In this document: one piece after another, positions 8,044 through 19,600 of the stretch
How the letters are laid out: each line of letters starts with the position of its first letter
How positions within the stretch are numbered: the first letter of the stretch is position 1
IMG/VR virus record: IMGVR_UViG_3300038345_000144
DNA length: 64,000 nt
Origin: a virus
Taxonomy: Duplodnaviria; Caudoviricetes
Direction: 5' to 3' (one strand)
Notes under the pieces: generated by a model
The model's database searches: none
The model's input: only the letters and a program-made list of their open reading frames with translations
Told to the model about the DNA's origin: nothing
Position numbers and translations under genes: made by a program

Positions 8044-11000
8044 TTACATTTGAGCGTCGTGTCTGTTAGCGGTTGCTTCCCATTCATCACGGTCATAACC
8101 TGATTTTCCACGCTCTGCTCTTTCAGAAGATGTCCTACCGCCTCTGCCCATAATGTTGAAGTCCATTCTGTCGAGTTGCTCGGTTTCTCTCTTCTGTTCC
8201 TTCGGATTGACTGGAGCACTTGCCTTACCCATAATGTTCTCCTGTAACTGGGACATCATTCTGGTAGACTGTAATGCCTCTCTGTCTCTTGCGTAATCAG
8301 TCTTGGTTCCACCGTAATCACCATACGCATCGTCCCTTTGAGCCTTTGCGTCCTTACGGTTCTGTTTAGCCTCGGCTTTAGCCTGTTCTACCTTTGCTTT
8401 CGCACTGGCAATTGACTCGGCTTTTCTACGCTTCTCATCAGCATTTTTAGCCTTCATAGACTTTGCTCTTGCCAATTCTTCTTGTGCCTTTGTTACACTC
8501 TGCGTCTTATTGACAGAAGGAGTATGAACATTAGCAGTTTCACCAAATTCAACGGCTTTTCTTACCGCATCTTCAGTCTTCTTCTTGGCTTCGGCTTCAG
8601 TAGACATCTTAACACCCCTGTCAAGTTCAGACAACTGTTGCATATAAACTGCGGCTTGTTCAACTCTTGTAGTGTCAACCGTGTTTCTACCACCAACCTT
8701 GTTGTTAGCCTTAATTACATTATCGCCAGCACCATCGGTCTTGACTGTGGCATCAATAGCAGTCTGTAATGCTGTCTGCATCTCTGCCTTGTGAGCATTT
8801 TGAGCCTTGAGTGTAATAGCATTACGAGCCTTTTCTTCTAATGAGTTACCATCAGCCTTATCGAGTTCGGTCTGTGAAACAACTCCAGTAGAAGCAACAA
8901 CGCTTGCCACTGCATTTTCTCTAATCTGTTTAGCAAGTGCAGATTTCTTGTTAGACGCATCAAGATTTGCTTTACTAATGTTCTTATCCAATTCAGCCAT
9001 AGCATCGGAAAGAGCCTTTGCATTATCTTTGATTTGCTTAAGTTGAGCGTCTGTCTGAATAGCCTGCTCATCAACTCCAGCATCCTTGAGTGCTTGAATA
9101 CGCTTTGCATATTCTTTCTGTTGTTCTGCTACCTGATGAGACATAGCCATCTTCTGTTCAGTTCCGACTCTTGCTTGAGTCTTGAGGTTCTCAATTTCAG
9201 CAACAGAAGCCTTTTCTGCATCAGAGAGTTTATCAATATTGAAAATACCCTCTTTCTCGTTATACTTTTCATTAACTTGTGCAGTAACAGCACTGGTAAG
9301 TTTAGAGGTCTCTTCAGCAGTATCAGCCTTAATCTTGTTGTCAACAGCAGTAACTTGTGCCTTTGCCGCCTTTCTCAAATCACCAGCAACTTTTCTATCG
9401 TCTTTAAGTCTATCTTCTCTCAATTGAGCACCAATTTTAAGTGAGGACTGGTGAGATTGAGGGTCTACCAAGAAAGTATTGTTTGCTTGGTGCATAAGTT
9501 GTGACAAAGCATTACCTCTGTTAGACTTCTCAATAGCCTTACCGTTTTCATCATATCCAACAATCTTGGTTTTCTTGTCATAGTTGGTCATAGCATTGTT
9601 CATACCAGTTCTTGCATATTGCTTAATTCTGTTCTTTGCAGTAGCGAAAGAAGGTGAGATATTACGAGTAGTATTGTCTAACAATTCCTTAATCTTTTGC
9701 TGAATATAAGGGTTAAACTTAAGCATTAACAACAAAACGCCAAGAACTACGAGAAGTTGTAATACATTGGTTGATAACAAGGAAGATACCAAGAACAGTA
9801 TAAAGTCGAACAATACGCCATAGAAGAAAATCTCTATGATGGCAACCGCAACCATTCCCATAATGGTCCTACCTGTCTTAACCAACTTTTCTTTACCTGA
9901 AAGTATCATTGGTCCTGCAAAGGCAAAGCCTATCAAACCAAAGAATAATTCAAGTTTACCTATCAATACACCGAGGGCATATTTCCAAGTAACCATCATC
10001 AACAATATAAGAATTGCTGTGTATAGCAACATTGTCAACATACCAGCCCAACCGTTAGGGTGAGCCAAAGATAAGATAACACCCTTGATATTATCCTTCT
10101 TTGCTTGGTCGGAGGTAGCATTATAGGAAATTTGGAGTAAGGTAATCATAGAATTCAACTTCTGTTCAGCCGCCGCCGTGTTGGTTTCTGGATATTCCTT
10201 ATTTCTATAAGGTTTATTACCAGAAGCACCAGAGTCAGCATACCAGAAATAATAACCGAGGTTATTATCAAATTCATAGTAAGTATTAGCCCCACCATAA
10301 TTTATGCCGTACAAGTGTGAACAAACATTATTATCAGTTGAAGCACCGTAAGGCGAAATACCCAAGTTGGTAAATCTCAAATCATTGATGTCATCAACAC
10401 CAAACTGGGTACAAATCTGAAGGTCAATATAACCCTTATTTACGAGAGCCATTTCCTTCATTTGAGCGATTTTATTCTCATTGGCACTATCTGAAATTTG
10501 GTTAGTAAAACTGTTCGAACCACTCATAGCGTCTGCAATAGTTGACATTATGTTTGTTACACCGTTTGAGAGGGAAGAACCCAAACTTGCGATGTTACCT
10601 GTCAAACACATACCGATAATTAACATACCAACGAGGGCAGTAACTACGATACTTAAAACGCTCTGTTCTTTCTGTCCACCTTTAACATACTTCCATACGA
10701 AAGAAACAATACCAAATATAAAGAGGATAATCGCCGCACCCATAAAGATAGATAACTTACTGGTTTCAGAGTCCCAAATCATTACTGATGTGACCTTTGT
10801 CATTAAGTCGTCCAAGTGGAGTGCTGTGAGGATAAATCCTGTATCAATGTTCTTTGCGGAAACAATCAATGACAAAATCCAGATAACGAACTTTGCCAAG
10901 TAGTTCATACCCATATAGAAGAAGTTGGAGAAACCAATGCTTCCTGAACCTGAATTAGAGAGTGCATAAAGTCTTAATGACTTTACATTATCCTTATTGA

Positions 11001-11592
11001 CATTTTCAAGGTCGGCTAAAGTAACCATACCTGTATCTGTTGATGAAATGTCAGAACTATTTGATGATTTTGTACCATTTGAGGAACTACTAACTCCTGT
11101 GAAGTTAATAGGATTTATTCCCCAGAAGTTCTTACAACTTTCCATAATACCGCCAGATACATTATTTCTATCACCTGCTAAAGTCCAACCACTTGTTTCA
11201 CTGTGGTGTAAACCAGTACCTCTTTGAGCATAAATACCCTCGAAGGCATCAGTAGCGTAACCACCAGAGTAACAAGAGTCATAAGGAACCTCTCCATAAT
11301 ATTGAACAAGACCTCTTGTAGTACCATAAGCAATATCCATACTTACAGCAGTTACATTGGCTGTTTCACTATTATATGGGTAGGTATCGGCTTTACGATT
11401 ATCCATACCAGCATTTACATTGTACCAAGCCGAAGTGTGACTTGAAAAACCTTGTGATGCTGATACTTGGACTACGGAATAAACGCTTCCCGTAAGCAAA
11501 ATCAACACAACAAAAGCAATAGAACAATAGGTATTAAACTTTTGAAATGCCGTTTTCTGCTTTTGTCTTTTAACTTTTCTTAAAAGTCGCAT
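8044..11592 (-). CDS. Large VirB6/TcpH-like polytopic membrane protein with C-terminal coiled coil
   Basis: N-terminal extracellular domain, 2-3 TM, loop with ICTQFG, 4-5 TM cluster, long Ala/Lys helical tail. Confidence 0.6.
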   Translation of the reverse strand: MRLLRKVKRQKQKTAFQKFNTYCSIAFVVLILLTGSVYSVVQVSASQGFSSHTSAWYNVNAGMDNRKADTYPYNSETANVTAVSMDIAYGTTRGLVQYYGEVPYDSCYSGGYATDAFEGIYAQRGTGLHHSETSGWTLAGDRNNVSGGIMESCKNFWGINPINFTGVSSSSNGTKSSNSSDISSTDTGMVTLADLENVNKDNVKSLRLYALSNSGSGSIGFSNFFYMGMNYLAKFVIWILSLIVSAKNIDTGFILTALHLDDLMTKVTSVMIWDSETSKLSIFMGAAIILFIFGIVSFVWKYVKGGQKEQSVLSIVVTALVGMLIIGMCLTGNIASLGSSLSNGVTNIMSTIADAMSGSNSFTNQISDSANENKIAQMKEMALVNKGYIDLQICTQFGVDDINDLRFTNLGISPYGASTDNNVCSHLYGINYGGANTYYEFDNNLGYYFWYADSGASGNKPYRNKEYPETNTAAAEQKLNSMITLLQISYNATSDQAKKDNIKGVILSLAHPNGWAGMLTMLLYTAILILLMMVTWKYALGVLIGKLELFFGLIGFAFAGPMILSGKEKLVKTGRTIMGMVAVAIIEIFFYGVLFDFILFLVSSLLSTNVLQLLVVLGVLLLMLKFNPYIQQKIKELLDNTTRNISPSFATAKNRIKQYARTGMNNAMTNYDKKTKIVGYDENGKAIEKSNRGNALSQLMHQANNTFLVDPQSHQSSLKIGAQLREDRLKDDRKVAGDLRKAAKAQVTAVDNKIKADTAEETSKLTSAVTAQVNEKYNEKEGIFNIDKLSDAEKASVAEIENLKTQARVGTEQKMAMSHQVAEQQKEYAKRIQALKDAGVDEQAIQTDAQLKQIKDNAKALSDAMAELDKNISKANLDASNKKSALAKQIRENAVASVVASTGVVSQTELDKADGNSLEEKARNAITLKAQNAHKAEMQTALQTAIDATVKTDGAGDNVIKANNKVGGRNTVDTTRVEQAAVYMQQLSELDRGVKMSTEAEAKKKTEDAVRKAVEFGETANVHTPSVNKTQSVTKAQEELARAKSMKAKNADEKRRKAESIASAKAKVEQAKAEAKQNRKDAKAQRDDAYGDYGGTKTDYARDREALQSTRMMSQLQENIMGKASAPVNPKEQKRETEQLDRMDFNIMGRGGRTSSERAERGKSGYDRDEWEATANRHDAQM

Positions 11593-11606
11593 AGCCTCTC
11601 CTTTCT

Positions 11607-12152
11607 TTAATTTGTACCTTCTGTGTAATCAGGTGTCCAAGCATTGGCTCCAGAGTCAATATAGTCAACATATTCTTTAGACGCACATCTCATATAGTTA
11701 TGGGTTGTATATGCGTCATAAGAAGCAACCATTTCTTCAGTATGTCCGTCCTCATAAGTAACAACTAAATAAGTACGGTCTTCATTTGAAGTAGGTAAGA
11801 TGCTTATGGTCTGTGCTGGAGAGTCAGTATAAATTTGACCTGCACATAGCGAGGAAATGTCGTACAAGTGGATTTTAACTTGGTCAGCCTTTTGTTCAGG
11901 GGTCAGATAGTTCAATCCAGACCAAGTAACTTCTTTATACTTGTAGGTTTCAATAATGACATTTCCAGACTCGTCCGTAGGCATCGCTGTTGACTCCGTA
12001 GGCGGGTGATAACCAACATAGTTATCTGCCGCATACTTGTCGGGAACAATAGGAGGAGCCTCCTTTGGTCTGTTACACATAACAAAAATAAAGACGGTTA
12101 TAAATATGGAAAATATAACCGCCAAAATAATAAGTATTCTTTTCTTTGACAT
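11607..12152 (-). CDS. Membrane-anchored exported protein
   Basis: Basic N-terminus plus TM helix, 181 aa. Confidence 0.7.
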   Translation of the reverse strand: MSKKRILIILAVIFSIFITVFIFVMCNRPKEAPPIVPDKYAADNYVGYHPPTESTAMPTDESGNVIIETYKYKEVTWSGLNYLTPEQKADQVKIHLYDISSLCAGQIYTDSPAQTISILPTSNEDRTYLVVTYEDGHTEEMVASYDAYTTHNYMRCASKEYVDYIDSGANAWTPDYTEGTN

Positions 12153-12169
12153 AATTTCCCTCCGAGTGA

Positions 12170-13777
12170 TTATGATGTCGGGGTATTAACATCTTCTTCG
12201 ATGTACCAATAACCGTTCCAATCCTGCATATTTATCATTGACTGATAATACTGTGAAGCAATACAGAAACTACTGTTATCAGCAGGTCCCTCAAATCCTC
12301 CCCAACGACCTAAACCACTATCAACGATATAGAAAGTACCGTCTTCGTATTTAGTCCATAACATACCGTGAGCCATATCACCATTACTTAATACAAAACC
12401 TACCCCAGAAGGGTGAGTTTGGAGTAAGGAGATTAACTCTTGTTGAGAGGATGGAGCACCACTCTTAACCACCAAAGTTGCAGTAACACCGTCAATCGTA
12501 ATTGACCTTGTGTAACTACCGCAATTTACATACCATCTTGCCCATTTTCCAGGTCCAAGACAACCGTAACCAAAGACATCATAAACCCATTCAGTATTAT
12601 AGAAACGGCTCGCACCGTAACCTGAAGTACCCATATCATAGACATCTTCAGAGTAGTAGTAACCCCAGTTAGGAATATTACCCCAAGTTGATGTCATTTT
12701 TGTTCTTGAGTAGTGCGAAGTCGCAAACTGATACCAAGAACCTGTTTCGCTCATATGTCGCCTGTTTCCCGTACTACCACCATCGGTATTATCGCCTGTT
12801 TCATAGTAACTTGTCGTTACGCAGGAGATATAGTGATACCAGTCCTGTGCAGATTGGCTGTTTTCAGGGAATGAACCTGAAGCCAATTCTCCATTATCGT
12901 CCCACAAATAATCAAAGAAATTGACACCATTTGCGGTGAAATAACGCATATACAGGTTTAATGTAGCACACGAAGTACAAGGACCAGAACCGTCCTGAAT
13001 GATATAGTGTCCATTAAGTTCCTCAAGGTTCAGACCGCCAGATTGACAGTATTGCTTATAAAGAGGGCTGTTTTTCATACCTCTTGTGGCTTCCAACTCA
13101 CAATAATAGTGAGGTGTCTGTCCAACAATCGAGAAAACTCCCTTAAAGAACAAAAATGCGTTCCATAGTAAAGTAACTACTGCCGTGATAATAAGCACCC
13201 ACTTGAGAATAGGCAAAAGTGCCTTGATTTTTTCCTTAATGGCTGTAACTCGGCTCTTAATACGCTGAACAACCTTCATATTGTTCAAGCCTTCTTTTGC
13301 CTTCTCTTTAGTGAGTGTCTTTTTGGCTTCCCTAATCTTTTTGAGTTGCTCTTTTTTCTCGGCATCGTTCAGTACATCAGTGTTATTGATGGCATCACGC
13401 CTGCGATTAAGGTCTTTTCTTCCGTTATTCCACTCTTTAATGGTTTTACCCTGTTTATAAGTAGTGGTGTCCTCAATCTCTGCCTTTTTGGTTTCGATTT
13501 TCTGTGAAATTTGACCTTTAAGACCACCTTGAGTAGGGTTGTTGTCTGTATTGAGTTTTTCCTGAATAGGAGCAGTATTGGCTTTAGACGCTATAATTTC
13601 TTGAGCCTTTAACTGCTCATTCTTATTAGCAGATTTCAAAGCCTCAACCTGTTTCTGGTATTCAGCCTCAATTTCCTTTGTCTTTTTAGCCCTTAACTGC
13701 TTTTCCTTTTCTCTTACGGCTTTAACATAATCGGAGTGGCTGTCAAATACTTGGTCATCCAAATAATATCTTGCCAT
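12170..13777 (-). CDS. Coiled-coil + TM + extracellular papain-like (C39-like) peptidase
   Basis: IQDGSGPCTSCA (Gln/Cys), AHGML (His), YIVDS (Asp). Confidence 0.6.
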   Translation of the reverse strand: MARYYLDDQVFDSHSDYVKAVREKEKQLRAKKTKEIEAEYQKQVEALKSANKNEQLKAQEIIASKANTAPIQEKLNTDNNPTQGGLKGQISQKIETKKAEIEDTTTYKQGKTIKEWNNGRKDLNRRRDAINNTDVLNDAEKKEQLKKIREAKKTLTKEKAKEGLNNMKVVQRIKSRVTAIKEKIKALLPILKWVLIITAVVTLLWNAFLFFKGVFSIVGQTPHYYCELEATRGMKNSPLYKQYCQSGGLNLEELNGHYIIQDGSGPCTSCATLNLYMRYFTANGVNFFDYLWDDNGELASGSFPENSQSAQDWYHYISCVTTSYYETGDNTDGGSTGNRRHMSETGSWYQFATSHYSRTKMTSTWGNIPNWGYYYSEDVYDMGTSGYGASRFYNTEWVYDVFGYGCLGPGKWARWYVNCGSYTRSITIDGVTATLVVKSGAPSSQQELISLLQTHPSGVGFVLSNGDMAHGMLWTKYEDGTFYIVDSGLGRWGGFEGPADNSSFCIASQYYQSMINMQDWNGYWYIEEDVNTPTS

Positions 13778-13795
13778 AGGTTATACCTCAATCAA

Positions 13796-14086
13796 TTATG
13801 CGTTTCTGCAAAACTCGTCGTAACTCTTCTTTTCTTTGGTACTCAATCCTTCAGAAAGAGAGTCCATAATCTTTCTAATCTTTGCAGAAGTCGCCTTTAC
13901 AGAGACATCAATATTTGTGTCTTTTTCATCATAGCCAGAAATATCAATGAACTTTGTGCTTCCTTCTTTTCTTATCTGAAAGGATGCCCCCTCCATAGTG
14001 TGGCAACACTTTCTCTTGCCCACATTTTCAGGCTTTGCCCTACATTCAGAGCATCCATTTCCATCTTTTCTTGGTCTAATCGGCAT
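13796..14086 (-). CDS. Small protein with N-terminal C-x-A-x-PENxG-[KR]3-CCH motif
   Basis: 96 aa, AAGGAG RBS; motif shared with 27628-28845. Confidence 0.75.
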   Translation of the reverse strand: MPIRPRKDGNGCSECRAKPENVGKRKCCHTMEGASFQIRKEGSTKFIDISGYDEKDTNIDVSVKATSAKIRKIMDSLSEGLSTKEKKSYDEFCRNA

Positions 14087-14102
14087 AAGATTTCTCCTTT
14101 CA

Positions 14103-15695
14103 TTAGAGTATTGATGTTATCTTATAGTTACCGCTACCCATATCTTCAAGTTTCATATACATATAGATTTCGTATGAGAAACCTTGAGGGGTAGTAATTG
14201 AGTAAACACAATAAGCGTTAAATCCTAATGCGTTTGCCTCTGTATAGTAATAGAACTCGTCTATACCATTAAATGTTGCACCCCAAGTCTCAAATTGTCT
14301 GTAATTTGCAAAGACATTGGTTGTTGCTGTTCCAGTATAAAGTTGTGTCAAGATATTAGAAACTTTCGCTCTAATGTCCAAAGCACCTTCTTGGTCGCCT
14401 AACAACTTATTCTTATCAAACTTAAGATTATCAGAAGGAATTGTCGTATTGAAGTCCTGTCTAATTCTACTAAAGTCTGTCATATCCATTTCCTGTAAGG
14501 AGTACATAGCCATCTGACCACAAGCCTCGTAAGCACTTACGGCAGTTGTATATTCACTTGCATAGTGTCCTTCAGGAATTTCTTTTGTAAGTTTACCGTC
14601 AATATCGTAATACTTAACATATTCAACAGGAAGAGTAAATGCGTATCTAACTCTGATGACCTGACCTCTCTGGTAGATATTACCATTAGCAGTCATATAA
14701 TACTCAACAGTTGTACCATCATTACCCTGTTGCTGTGCTTCTGTAACAGGAGCATTAGGTTCAGGTGTAGGGGTAGGTGCAGGAGTATTTACGGGTTCAA
14801 GTGTAGGCTGTTCAGCCATAACAATCATACCGCCTTCGCCATCGAGTTTAGGCATCCAGTTCTCATCGAATTCTGCAACTTGAGCGTGGTTAGCACTGTC
14901 TAATTTCAATGTGCCATCTTCGTTTACTGCATAGTAATACATATGCCCTTCGGCATCAGTAGCAGGGCTACCATCTGTATTCTGTGCATAAACGAGGAAG
15001 TGTCCTACGCTGTCGGTCTTATTTGTACCATCTTCATTGAGTTGATAGAACAAAAATCTTCCGTCAACTGTGACAATAGGAGCACCGTTAGCCATCTTGA
15101 TACAGTTAGCAGGAGCAGTATTTGTCTGACCCTGTTCAACTGGTGCGTCAGGCTCTTGTTGTGCATTAAGACCACTCTTCATTAACTGGTTGATTAACTC
15201 TTCATCAGTAATTCTGATGTCTTTTTCAACCATAACAACATCTGCACTGAAGAATACCTCGACCATAGTATTTGAATACTTCTTAATCTTGGAAACTTCT
15301 ACTGTATCAGGGTCAATATTTGCTGATACATAAGTATTTCTGTTGTATTGAACATACTGCTGGAATAATGAGTCAGCATTATCTCTTACATAGTTCGGAA
15401 TACCCTCACAAGGGAACTTGTTACCAACACTATTAGCAATCGCTCTGACCTCTTCCTGTGTCAAAGGGTGCTTAAAGAATGTGTTATAAGTACCAAATGT
15501 GAGTAAAGCAACACCAAATATCGTCAATAATGAAATAACGATAAATTTACTGGTCTTTTGCTTCTTGTGAAGGGCAAGTATCTTTCTCTGCCTCTCCATT
15601 TGGCTCTGCTGAATAGCCTCTTCGATTTCTCTCTGCTTTTGTGCCTCTTCAGCCTGTACCTGTTCTGGAGTTTTGGATAGGTTTAACTTTGCCAT
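14103..15695 (-). CDS. TcpC/VirB8-like conjugation protein with inserted DG-x4-D-x2-G repeats
   Basis: Coiled-coil N-terminus, one TM, two alpha/beta domains split by NEDG..KTD..G repeats and PT linker; transfer context. Confidence 0.55.
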   Translation of the reverse strand: MAKLNLSKTPEQVQAEEAQKQREIEEAIQQSQMERQRKILALHKKQKTSKFIVISLLTIFGVALLTFGTYNTFFKHPLTQEEVRAIANSVGNKFPCEGIPNYVRDNADSLFQQYVQYNRNTYVSANIDPDTVEVSKIKKYSNTMVEVFFSADVVMVEKDIRITDEELINQLMKSGLNAQQEPDAPVEQGQTNTAPANCIKMANGAPIVTVDGRFLFYQLNEDGTNKTDSVGHFLVYAQNTDGSPATDAEGHMYYYAVNEDGTLKLDSANHAQVAEFDENWMPKLDGEGGMIVMAEQPTLEPVNTPAPTPTPEPNAPVTEAQQQGNDGTTVEYYMTANGNIYQRGQVIRVRYAFTLPVEYVKYYDIDGKLTKEIPEGHYASEYTTAVSAYEACGQMAMYSLQEMDMTDFSRIRQDFNTTIPSDNLKFDKNKLLGDQEGALDIRAKVSNILTQLYTGTATTNVFANYRQFETWGATFNGIDEFYYYTEANALGFNAYCVYSITTPQGFSYEIYMYMKLEDMGSGNYKITSIL

Positions 15696-15722
15696 ATATA
15701 AAAATTACCTCCAATTCAAAAG

Positions 15723-16085
15723 TTAAATGGTTATTTTTCCAGCGACAATATCATCTAAATATTGTCCTGCTTCGTCCTCTGACATAGATAAACTATCAGC
15801 GTCAAAGGAACTTGTTTGCTCAAATAAGCACTCGGCTACTATCTGTTCCTCTTCGTTTGGAGCGACTAACTCTCTCATTTCGGCAAGGCTACTGTAATAA
15901 GTAGCAATAATGCTTTGAGCCTCTTTATTCCACTCTCCGTCACTATCTTTCCAATCTCGAATGTCAATAGTATCAGTTGAGGAAATCATAAGGTCATCGG
16001 CTTGATTAAACTCGATGAATTCATAGGTGAATTTGTCTAACTTACGACAAATCTGAAAATCGTCAGTTGCGAACCAATCTTCCAT
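15723..16085 (-). CDS. Acidic hypothetical protein
   Basis: 120-aa ORF in operon. Confidence 0.7.
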   Translation of the reverse strand: MEDWFATDDFQICRKLDKFTYEFIEFNQADDLMISSTDTIDIRDWKDSDGEWNKEAQSIIATYYSSLAEMRELVAPNEEEQIVAECLFEQTSSFDADSLSMSEDEAGQYLDDIVAGKITI

Positions 16086-16086
16086 A

Positions 16087-16476
16087 TTATTTTCCCTTTC
16101 TCTGTAAAAATATCAAATATCCTTTATCTATATCATCATCGTCTATCGGGATAATATCAGCAGGGTTTTCGGGATTAGGACGGAGCCACACTCGATATTC
16201 AGTATCGTCTAAAGCCTTTTCCTGCTCTACCAGATATTTCATCATATCCGTAGCCTGAATGAAGTGTCTGTTGTCAATAAGGTCGATGATTTCATTGATT
16301 ATATCCATCTGACTACCAGCCAAATGCTCATCCCTGTCATCATTGTACCCGTCTTCCAGTGATACCAGACATTCTTCTCTCAAATCGTCATCTATCTCGC
16401 TTACACCACGATTACGGAAATCTTCAAAAATATCGTACAAAAGTTCGATAATCAAATCAGCATTAACATTAGCCAT
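16087..16476 (-). CDS. Acidic hypothetical protein
   Basis: 129 aa, AAGGAG RBS, follows motif copy 2. Confidence 0.7.
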   Translation of the reverse strand: MANVNADLIIELLYDIFEDFRNRGVSEIDDDLREECLVSLEDGYNDDRDEHLAGSQMDIINEIIDLIDNRHFIQATDMMKYLVEQEKALDDTEYRVWLRPNPENPADIIPIDDDDIDKGYLIFLQRKGK

Positions 16477-16520
16477 ATCCGTATGTGTTCTCCTTTGCTG
16501 TTTATCTTCTCATAATTCTA

Positions 16521-16547
16521 TTATATATAAATAGTCGTTCATTTTAA
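16521..16547 (-). promoter_or_regulatory. Element-specific motif copy 2
   Basis: TTAAAATGAACGACTATTTATATATAA, 45 nt upstream of ATG 16476. Confidence 0.7.
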
Positions 16548-16613
16548 TCAAAATGACATATTGCCAGACCGCCCGTAGCGTATCTGTAACATTCGACTCA
16601 TTGTATTCAAAGT

Positions 16614-16656
16614 AAAAGGGGAACTACACTTTTTACGGTGTAATTCCCCTTCTTTT
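16614..16656 (-). terminator. Intrinsic terminator after giant adhesin
   Basis: AAGGGGAACTACAC/GTGTAATTCCCCTT hairpin with T-tracts on both strands. Confidence 0.75.
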
Positions 16657-16690
16657 AACCTAATTTATGCGATTTCTCGCTTAATTTTGG

Positions 16691-19600
16691 TCATTCTTCG
16701 GGATTTTCGTTAGAATTTCCCTCGATTGAGGCAGAATTAGCCTCGATAGCACTCTTTTTTTTGCCTTTTACGACAAATACCGTTGTAAGTCCAACAGCAC
16801 CTACTATGATGAGTGCTACAAGAGCCATAATAGGCATTGAGTCACCAGTCTTCGGTGTCGGAGGAATAATGATTGCTCTATCAAATACGCTGATAGGGAT
16901 AATCTCTTCCTTACCGTAGTCTGTTGTAGAAACAGGCTTAATCTGGTGCTTATCAGTGTTGAGGTTATAGCCAGCAGGGGCTTTGGTCTCCATAGCGTAA
17001 TATGTCTGACCCTCAACATATCTGATAACGAACTCAATCTTACCTTCGCTATTTGTTAAGCCTACGCAATCGTTACCGTTAACATCCTTTGCAACCTTAC
17101 CGTCGCCTGTGTAAACAGTGATTTCAGCGTTTGCAAGATAATACTTGACATTATCACGGTCCATCTTTGCAATAGAAACTCTCAAATAGTGAGGTCTATG
17201 GATTGTCTGATTTTCGTCATTCAAATCCTTGTGCATATCGAATACGAAGCCAGTCTTGGAAGTCAATGTCTCGAAAGCAACAATCTGGTTAGGCTTTACG
17301 AATTCCTGTTCACCAGTCTCTTCGTTAGTCCTGTAATAACCGAATGTGCCAGAGTCAACATCCTTGAACTCAACTACATAATCGCCGTCTGCGGTTTCAG
17401 GTACATAAGTGAGTGTCTGGGTGAGTGCTTCACCGCCCTCGCTTCTATACAACTGTGAACCTGTCTCTTGGTCAACGAGAGAAGCAGTTACATTGTAAGT
17501 CTCGCCAACTACGAGGTCGTGGTGATGAACTGTATCAGCATAAGTCTGTACTGTGTTATCAAGTACCAACTTGTTGTCGAAGTCGTCACCATCGTTCTCA
17601 CCCTTGACTACAAGGAGAGTTGTCTCAAGTTCAGGCTTGAAATCAATGTTCTGGTTCTGGTCGGTTACATCTTCGTGAGACGAAATCTGAATTTCCTTCT
17701 CAACCATAGGTGTAGTATCGTCGTTATCGTCGTCAACCATAGCCTTGCAGTACATATACTCGAAACATACAATCCTTACGGGCTGTCCGTCATTACAGAG
17801 TTTTGTACTGTCGATGTCAGAGAAGTAGACATATTCAGTGCCTTCTCTGGAAGTTGCTGTGAAAGTAGTATCGGAGTCACCGTCAAATAACTTCTCTCCA
17901 AGTGTACCGTCAGCCTTAACTTCCCAAATCTGACCTCTGAATGTGTACTCTGTTCCCTCGCTTGCGTTCTCGTAGTCCACCTTATCACGAATGACAACGG
18001 CTGTACCCAAAGAACCTCTGTGAGAGTTAGATGCTACATCAATGAGTGTTGTGTGAAGTGTAGGAGGTACGATAGTAACCGTCTGGTTCTCGTCCTTCAA
18101 ATCTTCGTGAACAGCAATCAAAGTGCCATCTGAAGCGTAAATTCTCTCGAAACATACAATCTTGATAGTTTCAAGTTTATTCTCGCTTGCGTTCCACTTA
18201 ACGAAGTCTACTGTATCTACCTCGAAAGGTACATTAGCAACACATTCGTTATGGTTCTCGGCAGTAGGTACGAACGATACTCTATTTGTGTAAGGCTTGT
18301 TAGTATCTCTGTCGATAAGTTTCTCACCAGTTTCGCCGTTAACAAGGACTGCTTCGGCGTAGTAAGTCTCACCAACATTGAGGTTAGTAGTCTTAACAGC
18401 ATCATTCATAGGAACATTCTCACCGATAGGTGTAAGGTGTGAACCAGAAACCGTATCAACGAATGTTGTAGTTACTGTCGGAGGTACGATTGTTACAGTT
18501 TCTAATGTGTCTGCAACATCGCAGTGGTCTGCTCTCTGTCCATCATAGATGTCAAAGTCGCTATCCCAGTCACAATATACATAAACTACAAGGTCTTTTG
18601 CAGTAAATGTTACTGTACCGTCTGCGTTCTCAACACCCTCAACGAGTTTAGCAGAGTTAACATTCTCGAAAGTTACCTTTGTTGTACCGTCTTTTGCTTC
18701 AGGTACGACGCTTACAGTTGCATTAGAGAGAACTGTATTGAGGTCATCCTTTGCATACAACTCTGCACGGAAAGTATATCTTCCAGTAGGAGCAAGGTTG
18801 TAATACTTGATAGTATCATCAAGACTTACTATATTACCTACTTCAAGAGTATGATTACCGTTATGAATTGATAATGCTTCGGTCTCAATCTTAATAGGAG
18901 CATTATACATAACAAAGTTCTGTACTTTTACTTCTACTACATTCTCAACAGGCTGTAACTGGTAGTCATCATCCATATAGAGTTCTGCCTTACCACTTGC
19001 GTCAACCTGCATATCAGGATATTCGATTGCGAAAATTGCTTGGTCGGGCTTAACCGTAGGCTCACCATTTGCATCTGCGAATGAGTAACCATAAGGAAGT
19101 TTAGACTCAACTACAACATAATTTCTATGCTCGAACTGTCCTGTTGTGCTATTCCAAACGTGATATGCTCTCAACGGGTCGGAAACATACTTACCCTGTG
19201 CATCGTCCCACCATACTCTTGCCTGACGATATGTGCCAAGTGGCTTACCGTCAACATAGACTTGGTTGCCGTTTGCATCGAGTTGGTTCTGCCAGTTACC
19301 ATCGACATCATAGTAGCCGAGGGCAATCTGCTCGAACATCTGCTTGCCGTTTGCATCGAGTTGAGGCTCGAATGTCATAGCGATTTCATCCTGCTCGTCC
19401 CACTCACCTTCTACTGAACCATTATCATAGTAGATAGTAAATTCAGCGTTCTTGATAGGCTCCTTTGTTTCAGAGTCTAACTTCTCGATTGTGATAGGTG
19501 CAGAATATGGTTCGTCATACAACTTAACTTCAAAGATGTCATCTGTAATAGAACCGTTATTGTTGAGGTCATAAATAGTAACAAATCTATAACCTGTGTC

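Noticed and set aside
16558-16593. GC-rich hairpin upstream of motif copy 2 as oriT
   Set aside because: Imperfect stem with no recognisable nic consensus; insufficient support
19266-19363. Exact 20-bp direct repeat TTGCCGTTTGCATCGAGTTG
   Set aside because: In-frame coding repeat (QLDANG) within the adhesin; no sign of a DGR template/variable pair or an RT gene
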